A program made the translations under genes and the position numbers. Below the pieces are notes generated by a model. That model was not told the DNA's origin. It saw nothing but the letters and a program-made list of their open reading frames with translations, and did no database searches. DNA of 64,000 nt from the human T2T-CHM13v2.0 reference genome, Homo sapiens. Each line of letters starts with the position of its first letter. Within the stretch, counting starts at the first letter, position 1. The DNA lies in the NCBI RefSeq assembly GCF_009914755.1, contig NC_060936.1; one strand, 5' to 3'. Positions 54,748 to 64,000 of this stretch are shown here, piece after piece.

Positions 54748-55223
54748 TGTATCAGACTAACGTGGTTCAACATTTATGTAACAAAGCTGTGACTTGTTTT
54801 TCAGTTCTGTGGACCCCAGGTTGAAAGCCATGTGGCCTGAGCATGCTCAGATGAGCCAAGCAGGCAACCACGGGGGGAACCTAAGTGCTCTGATGGAGGA
54901 GTGGGGACTGAATTAAGAAGCGTACACAGCATGGCAGAGTCCAGGATCCAATTAGATAGAGCCCTGATTGTCGCTCCATGGCAGGATCCAGTCAGATCAT
55001 ACCTCCTGTCATCACATCATCACGACATCCAATCAGCTCACACGTCATTACCTTATGCTTATAAAACCTGACCCAATCTCCAGCTCCAGAAGACAGATTT
55101 GAGTATTTCCTTCTGTCTCCTTGCCAGTCAACTTGCAATAAAGCTTCTCTTTCTCCCAAAGCTGATGCCATGTTATTGCTTCTATGCGCATTGGGCAGTG
55201 AGCCTATTGAGTGTTTGGTAGCA
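54748..55223 (+). mobile_element. ERV1-class solo LTR (family uncertain)
   Basis: tgt...ca ends, repeated gatcca(a/g)t units, TATA ttataaaa at 55059-55066, AATAAA at 55137-55142, agacagatttgag motif. Confidence 0.8.
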
Positions 55224-56754
55224 TAAGGATAAATTTCCAATTTCATGTCTCTTTTTTATTGTGCTAAAATATGCATAGCATATTGATATATTTAAGTAGG
55301 CTTCCTGTGACAGTTTACCTATTTTTCTTCAACTTATAAGGCGTAACACATTCCTTGCACCTCACAGAAATAGGATATGCTATCTTAGCCAGTGCCTTGT
55401 GTGCATTTTCTTCTTCAGCTTTCTCTTAGGCAAAAATCAGATTTAAATTCAATTTGTAGTTATCTATTCATGTCTGATAGCCAAATTGGGGCCATCACAT
55501 TTGAGTGAATGCGAGTAGACAGATGTGAGACGTCTCAATCTCAGCTGTCTCCTTTAATTGCTTTTGTGGATGAGACAGGAAACATTATTGGTAGTATTGT
55601 AATGCTCACCAAATATCCTGAAAATGGCCCTCGGGAGCACATACCGATTTAGCACTTGGCTCTACAACCCTAAAGAGTAAGTGACTAAAGATCTCTGTTA
55701 ACATTGGTTATAAATTAACTACGGAACTTTGGACATATCCCACTTTCTGTGAGCAGAAGATACCAATCTATTTCAATTTGTTGATATCCCTAGGAGTATT
55801 ACATATTTAAAACTAAAACCCAGAAGCTTGGGCACCTGAGTCATCAATCTCTTTTGCTCCATTTCAGCTATTTCATGTGCTTTTGTTTTGTGCATCTCAC
55901 ACAGGTGGAATTTTTCTTTTTCTGAGTTAAATACATTTAACTTGATATATAGAGTTATTGTGTGAGGCCAGAATATTTTCAGTTCATACCTTCACTTCTG
56001 TTTTGTTGTTAGTGTGTTATTCATTTCTAGCTTTGAGTGGCAGAATCTCTCCTGAACTCTAAGAAAATTAAAGAAATAAAGGAAATGTCTGCAGGCATCC
56101 GTTGGCATGCCTTTTTATTTTACCTGTCACACCGTAGCAGTCAAACAAACATAGCAGTTTTATAAATGATCCATTGAATGACAAAGAGCATCCCATTCTC
56201 GATGGTTTTTACATGGGGTTTATTTATTCTCTATGTTGTTATCCAATTCTTTGCTTCTTGGATTTGTTAAAATAAATGAGTTAAATTAAACAATTTAAAA
56301 AGGAAACTTTAAGGACCTCAGATTCATTAGAATCTACCCTTTGTTTACAGCATGAGAACTGCCCTCTTCTGTGACAATTTAATCCAAACACAATATAGAC
56401 CTTCAGTGCTGGAGCCACTAAATAAAAATAGTAAAGCTGTCAAGGTAATTTTTTAAAAGCTGTTCAAGATCTGTATTTACTTTCTTTCCTTGACACCCGG
56501 ATAAAAGTTCAAATCTTGTTGCTGCTTTTCAAATAGGAAGATGTGGTAAAACTGCTTCCCTCTACCATAGTCTAATCTAGAACTAAAACCTACCCTGACT
56601 AAGCATTTAGTCTTGACAGTGACCATCAAAGTTTGGGACCTGGACTCTTTCAACGTGGCCAGAGTGCTAGCTTGCTGTGCTCATTGGCAGTGGAAACTGA
56701 CACTCTAAAAGAAAGAAAAAAATTAAATCTAAGAGCAAATTTCCAATTTCATTT

Positions 56755-57195
56755 CCTTTTTTAATTGTGCTAAAATATATATAACATATTGACAAATTTA
56801 ACCATTTAAAAGAGACAATTTAGTGACATTATGTACATTCACAATTTTGTGCGACCATTATCACTGTCTAGTTTCAGAACATTTTATTACTCTAAACATC
56901 TCTATACTTACTAGCAGTCATTCCTTTTTCCCCCACTCCTGAGCCCTGTCAACCACCAATCTGTTTTCTGTTTCTATGGATTTCCCTATTCTGGACCTTT
57001 CATATAAATGGAATGGTACAATAAGTGCTATTTGGGGACTGGCTTTATTTTGCACAATTTTCAAGATTCATCCATGTTATAGTAGCATGTATCAATAGCT
57101 CATTTTTTTGTTGAATAGTATTTCATTGTATGAATTTGCCACATTTTGTTTATTTATTCATTCTTTGATGAACGTTTGCATTGTTTTCCACCTTT
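56755..57195 (-). mobile_element. L1MB 3'UTR
   Basis: ttaattgtgctaaaatatatataacat...acattcacaattttgtgcgacca...tatggatttccctattctggac. Confidence 0.88.
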
Positions 57196-57214
57196 TCGTC
57201 TATTTTGTTTTATT

Positions 57215-57330
57215 TTTCATACAAGCAGGGTTTCCCTATGTTGCTTAGTCTGGTCTCAAGCCCTTGGACTCAAGCGATCCGCTCACCTCGGCCTCCCAAA
57301 GTGCTGGGATTATGCCATGCCTGTCCCAGC
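57215..57330 (-). mobile_element. FLAM/AluJ left monomer
   Basis: ggactcaagcgatccgctcacctcggcctcccaaagtgctgggatta. Confidence 0.85.
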
Positions 57331-59716
57331 CTCCAACCTCTTTAAACCACAAACACTAGAGGACTGTTTACCATCATGCAACTCCTAACATACTAGTGAG
57401 CCATTCTTAAGTTTAAAAATAAATCAATGCCAAAAAACAAAATCTCATTTCTAGGAAGGAAACAAGAGCTCATGCGTTGAACCAACAGGAACAAAGGAAG
57501 CATTGTAGTTTTGTTTTCATACTTGTTACCTCTTCTGTCCCCTGAAAGCCTGAACTCAGCCTGAGGTCTGACAACATTCTATATTTCCATAGTGAAAAAT
57601 AGGTTTTTATGAGCAGCAGAATATCAAAAAGTCAATGCCTTGAAGAGTTTCAGGGTGCAATGACAACAGAAAACATAAGCAGTTGTAATAATTATAATCC
57701 CAACAACAATTAGGATTCTGTTGCGTAGTTCACTATGGCGTACTGAGCAAGTAGTAGATGCTCATTAAATATTTAATGAGTTAATGAATAAGACAAACGT
57801 ACTTTGAAATTTACTTTGCATTCCTTCATCTGTTGGTCTACACAGATGCTACAGTATTTTGTTACTCTTGTCTTGTTCTTTCCTCTTCTTCTTCTTTTTT
57901 TTTTTAATCAGAGTGAATTCCAAGAATATTCAAGTTCATGAAAAAGTCCCCTGGCTAATGATTCTTAGTCTTAAATTTTGAGCAGATTCTAAATAGATGG
58001 TTGAGATTAATGTAAGCCTAGGAAGGAAACTGAATCTTGTAGCAGACACAAAATGAATAAAAGCTAAAGGTTTGCAATACCCAAGACTTAAGCAGGAAAA
58101 GGTAAGGCAGTATTATCAGTAATGAATGTGGTTGGCTACAACAACAGAAAATTTAGCTAATGATCCCTTAAAGGATGAGGACTTTCTTGTTATTTATTGT
58201 CATCAGTTTGGGCTACACTCAGTGATAGTTGGTCATGAAAACCCCGTATCGTTAACGTATTTGTCTTTTTTTCTGTAGTACGGTTATTTTATAATTGGGA
58301 GATGGCCCTCATAGTTTTAAATACCACGTTTTCACTGGACAGCCCCCAGCGCAGGATGAGAAGAAAGGGACAAAAAGAGGCCATTCTGGCTTAATATTAT
58401 TTGTATGAAGGAGGAAAGTGTTTCTCTGAAATCCCCATAAGACGTAGTCTTAGATCTCAATGGCCAGATGCAGGTCACATGACTCAGACCAAACCAATCA
58501 CAGGCTTATGTGAAATGGGCATATCCTCACAGAATTTCTGTGACTGACCTGAACCAATCAGGATCTGTGCCCTGAGTCTGGATAAGGGACAATATGCTGC
58601 CCATCAGATGTCAGAACAAAATAATGAATGGCTGTGGGTGGCCTTCCAAGAGAGTCATCAACAAAGCAGCCCTCTCAGGGAGGAAATGAGATAATTTTCC
58701 ATGATGAGACAGATGGCTCAGTGTTATGTAAAGGAAATCAAATAAATTTAAATATCATAGTGACTAACTCGTTTCCTTTCCAATTCTTTTTGAGCTCTTC
58801 AGATTGCATCACAGAGAAAAATCTATTCGTTTTTGAGACTGTAATGTCTAACACTTTCAGCCTTTTTAAGAGAAAGGAGGCCCACCTAAGCTCAAGGCTT
58901 TATACAGGTAACAACAAGGAATTGCAATGTTCCATTTCACGACACTTATTTTCATAATTGTCCTCTATGGTAAGTTTATATTATTTCCTTTTTGAATGTT
59001 CTTATTACCCATAGAGGTTAACTTAAATAATATATCACATAAATAATAATACAAATATTTTGACAACATGAAATTAATAAAAGATAATTTTTTAAATGAC
59101 TGAAAATTAAAAACTGCTGAATATAAAATAGTGAGCAAGAAGATTTCCAGGACAATCTGGGACCTAAGGGAAAACTGAGGTTGAATCAAGATTAATTTTT
59201 AGGGCAAAATTAATGGAAAACTTTAAAATACTATATTGGTATTTCCCATTCTTTCATGCATCAAATACTATTGTTTCTGAAAAGAAGCTAGTATATTCAA
59301 AGCCATAATTCAAAATAGTTTTATCTCTTGCCTTCAACTTAGGATTAAAATAGCAGAGGAAGTCATGAACTCATGAACTGAGATAGATATATAATTGATC
59401 AATAGGCCAATTGATACAGATACTGATATCTCTCTTCTGGTATAATGTGTCTACACTGGCGATCACTGGATTGGGCCTCCATTAAAAAAATGAAAGTCAT
59501 GGTGTGTAACTGCAATGTTTCTGTCAATGAAAAACATTTCTGCTTCAGTATACCTATTTGAAATGTTCTTAGTGGCATAAAATTGATTTTATACTCAATA
59601 TATTAGAACAGTGTTATTGGAAGTGTACAGGGAGGCCCTGGAGATGTATAATTTGATTTTAGGTGGTTGCCAAACACAGCTTTACACAACATAGGCTCAC
59701 ATAGTGAGAAATGTTT

Positions 59717-60425
59717 CAGTCACGTCTCAAAGATATTTTGGGTTTGGTTCTGGACCACTGCAATAAAGCTAATATTGCAATAAAGAGAACAATGGAAATT
59801 TTTTATTTCCCAGTTGTATTAGTCCATTCCCACACTGCGATGAAGGTCTTGGTAATTCAATAAGGAAAGAGGTTTAATTGGCCCACAGTTCCACAGGGCA
59901 GCGGACGCCTCAGGCAACTTAAAATCACGGTGGAGGGGAAAGCAAACCGTCCTTCTTCACATGGCAGCAGCAAGGAGAATTGTGAAGCAAAAGGAGAAAG
60001 GCCCCTTATAAAACCATCAGATCTCTTGAGAATTCACTCACTATCACAAGAACAGAATGGAGGTAACTGTTCCCATGATTCAATTACCTCCCACCGGGTC
60101 CCTCCCATGACATGTGGGGACTACGGGGAACTACAGTTCAAGACGAGATTTGGGTGGGGACACAGCCAAACCATATCACCAGTGCTTGCAAAAGTTATGT
60201 TGACATTATACTTTGATCTATTAAGTGTGCAATGGCATTATGTATTAAAAAAAAGTACATACCTTGAGTAAAAATATTTTATTGCCAAAAACTGCTAATG
60301 AATTGAGAACATGCTGTTGGAAAAATGGAATCCATTGCTTGATGCAGGGCTGCCAGTTCTTCGAGTAAAAAACACAGTATCTGCAAGCACAATAAAATGA
60401 CGCACAGTAAAATGAGGTATGCCTG
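59717..60425. mobile_element. Internally deleted Tigger1 (both ends kept), interrupted by THE1
   Basis: agatattttgggtttggttctggaccactgcaataaagc and catgctgttggaaaaatgg...aaaatgaggtatgcctg. Confidence 0.85.
59815..60178 (-). mobile_element. THE1 solo LTR with 5-bp TSD ccagt
   Basis: tgtattagtcc...aaaccatatca; ccagt at 59810-59814 and 60179-60183. Confidence 0.95.
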
Positions 60426-60508
60426 TGTTTTCTTTTTGAGTTTTCTTTCAATTATTTTTGTTATTTCAGAGAACAAGACATCTGTCTTGATCATCTTTAA
60501 CAATTTAA

Positions 60509-60970
<462 letters not shown>

Positions 60971-61641
60971 TAAAAACTTTCTACTATATCCTTTCAACAA
61001 AGAGAGCAGGAGCAGAGCCCTTAGTGGTTTCCAGGTGGTCTCTCTCTGGGGCTAGCTCCATAGCTCCAAGATCTCAGGGATGTGGGTGTGAATCAGGGAG
61101 TCCCTTGGATATTCTTGTGTGATCACAAGGTCGCTTCCCCGCCTTCATGCCTCATATCCTCATACATTTAGCCTACAAACAAAAAGAGTGACGGGCAGAT
61201 CTCAAAAATGTTTTGTTTTGTTTTTGTCTTAAAAGCCATAACTTTTTGGGAATTTATTTTCCCAAAAGCCCCATTTCTAAATTCCTCTGAGGTGTGAAGG
61301 CCAGTACTGGGTTTCGTGCTAACACCTAGACCCCAAACTAGCAAAGATGTGGGACTGCCGTTGACTTATTCCTCTTCATCTCTTGAGGCCTCAACACAAA
61401 TCTAGGATTGGCATGAAATGAGAAGGCATCTAGGTGGGCAGCAGAAAAATTCTGCCACATTTCTAAAAATTTGTAGTATGTATTTCTGTTTAGCTTCCAC
61501 TTATGGAAGTGATGTAAAGCAGTAAAGAAGCAACTTCTATTAAAGAAAAAATGTTAAATGAGTTTAAAATAGTATGTAATTATATGTAGGGTAAGTGGAT
61601 ATGACAAATGCAAAGGAATGGTGAGGATGCTGTCTCGATGT

Positions 61642-61754
61642 TGGGGTAACTGACTCATCCTGCTTTGCTCAGTAACATGCTGGTTTTATACGTGAAGCCT
61701 CATGTTCTGCAAACTCCCCCAGACAGCAGCCAACTGGGATGGTTGGGAACCTTA
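61642..61754. mobile_element. MER81-like hAT MITE
   Basis: Degenerate TIRs ggggtaactgactcatcc / gggatggttgggaacctta; ~113 bp. Confidence 0.65.
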
Positions 61755-63349
61755 TCCACATTCTACAACAGACTCTAAAAAGAGAGGTTTCCATTTTCCC
61801 AGACTTCTTTGTCTGTCTGGGAAGGAAGAATCATGATACGGGAGTGGAGTCTGAGCTTGAATGCACCCTTCTCAGGGTCCCTCAATCTGAAAGGTAGACA
61901 CTGCCTACATTGCTTAGGCGTGACTTTAACCTCAGCACAACCACTCCTCCTTCACCAGTGCAGTTTCCAAACACTTCACCTCATCTGCGCAAGTTTTTGC
62001 AAATGTTGCTGTATGTTCTCATGACACCAACTCAGGAGAGGGAGTAGGTGCATTCCAAGCCTCTATTCATAGTTCAGTGATCTGACCCAGAATTATGGGG
62101 TAGATACATTCAATAAAGAAAGAATGTCAAACGTAGCTAAAACCACAGAGACACGGACTTGGATTATAGAGAAGAGAGAGTCATGCTGATTTATTTCTAT
62201 CTCCTATGAGAGAAGCAATTACCCAAACCCACAATCTATTGGAAAATCTCACGTGGAAGATACAAAAGTTACGGGACTTTTTGTCAGCCCGAAGAATGAC
62301 CACGTAAAAAATCCCAAGTCCCCTCAGCAGACTGCGAATGTGCATGATTCTTTTCCAGCTCAGGGCTCTCCATTTTTTCTTAACCCCAGGCTGAATCAAA
62401 GTGTGCAGATGTTTTCTGAGTTAGATCCCCTGTGCCTCTGCAGGTTCTGGTCCTGCACCTTTGATGGCCTCAGTATTCCCTGCAAGATGCACCTGCCTTG
62501 ATTTCACTGCCTGATAACAATTAGAGATTCTATTAAACAATCTCTGCATAAAAGGTTTAGAGGATATGATGCAGAGAAATTAAATGAGCCAGAATGTAGA
62601 TGCCTATAGTGTTTGCAATAATGCTTAATGTCAAACTAGGTGGAAAATGATGCTTTGCAGATGCTGCGTTATTTTTCAGGAGAACAGCTGATAGTCACCC
62701 CACAATATTTTCAGCGTGTGTTTTTCCTCTAATAATGGGGAGTCAACTGACAGACCCAGTAGCACCAGGCATTCCACAGGAAGTAAACTTGTTGGTCATC
62801 ATCTGGAAGTTTGACAGTGACATTAAAAAGCATGTTCACCCAATTTAAATAAAAGCTTAGTGAATTAAGAACTAGTTCCAAAGCTTTCCCTGCTGGCCTA
62901 TTATAATGACCTCATTGGGATCTCCTTCTTCACAAAACCTGGGTCATACTGAACATGCCACAGTTAAAAATATGGCTGGGGAGAAATGGTACTAGTGTGG
63001 AGTGTCAGTATTTTCCTTTATGGTTTCAAAACCTGATGACATATTTTAATTTCCCAAGTCCCTTTCCTTGCTGCAAGGCCTCTTTTTCCAAATCCCTTTC
63101 TGGGGGTGAGATAATGGCATTCACATCTGCTTTATCAGCTGAATGCGGTGTTTCAAACTCATGGGATTGACTTTGAGGATTTATTTAATTTGCACGCTTG
63201 AAACAACTGCAGTCCTTCCCCAGCCATGGCATCTCATGGATGGCACAAAGAGTGAGGTTGGACTTCTTGGTTGCTCTTAATTTCACAGCCATGGTGGCCT
63301 CATTCTTCACATGCCAAGGGCAGCAATGGGACATCAATTTGAAATCAGT

Positions 63350-63550
63350 GACATGAGAGGTGACCTTGGAGTCTTAAGACCTAAGTCCAGGCCCCAGATT
63401 TGTTCCCAACTTATGGGACTGCTTAAGTTCTACCTGCTGTTTCCCTACCTATAAAGAGATGATGCTTATTCTATCTGATGCTGGGAGTCACAGAAAGAGC
63501 AAATGAGCTCAGGTGTGTGACACACTGTCCAAAATAAGCACCTGCTAAGG
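63350..63550 (+). mobile_element. MIR
   Basis: ttggagtcttaagacctaagtccaggcccca...ctgtttccctacctataaagagatgat. Confidence 0.6.
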
Positions 63551-64000
63551 TCAATCATCTCCTACTTGGACCCAGGGCATCCTCCTTGGGTTTGTGGTTC
63601 CTGGGATTATGAAGTCTACAGAGAAGACAGAACCCAGTCTCAGCACTGCTGCAACCTCACTGGGATGGGAAGCCCCATGGGTGGGATGCATCAGTGAAGA
63701 AAACATGCAGAATGATTTCACAACTGTGACATTTTCCATTGTGCAATGTCACCTCCAATCTCTCCATTCTGCCTGCACCCAACATGTTGAACTTGTAGCT
63801 ATGGGGAAGGTCAATCATCCATGGGTCAATCATCCTGAGTGCCCCTGTGCATTCTTCCTGGGCATTCTGAGAATGTAAGGCACAAATGCTTTTTGTTCAG
63901 GCCATCTCTCAAGCTTGTGTTTTCCGTGAGCCACCTTGAGAGATGAGGCAATGTCTTCTTCTACAGAAGAAGCAGACTTCTTTACTGCTCACTGTAAAAG

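Overview
Non-coding primate genomic DNA, very likely human (Alu, THE1, LTR12 and L1PA elements present). It is AT-rich and CpG-depleted, with no CpG island, credible coding exon, RNA gene or recognisable processed pseudogene. The supplied ORFs are chance, Alu-, LTR-, L1- or simple-repeat-derived. A large part of the window is nested transposon fossils: Alu, L1, L2, MIR, MaLR/ERVL/ERV1 LTRs, MER103C, MER81 and Tigger1. Repeat subfamily names are recalled from consensus motifs and need RepeatMasker/Dfam confirmation. I could not identify the locus. The non-routine signal is structural. (1) A ~245-bp duplicated non-repeat element keeps a 49-bp homeodomain-site core perfectly while its flanks are ~80% identical; it is a candidate twin enhancer. 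(2) At least five short, same-strand, non-tandem local copies lie 0.85-3.4 kb from their partners, several carrying transposon/flank junctions that show they were copied from local DNA. (3) Three non-canonical retrotransposition products have target-site duplications (TSDs): a 5'-inverted Alu, an L1 3' transduction and a candidate Alu 3' transduction. (4) Several palindromes look template-switch-derived. All identities were counted by hand.
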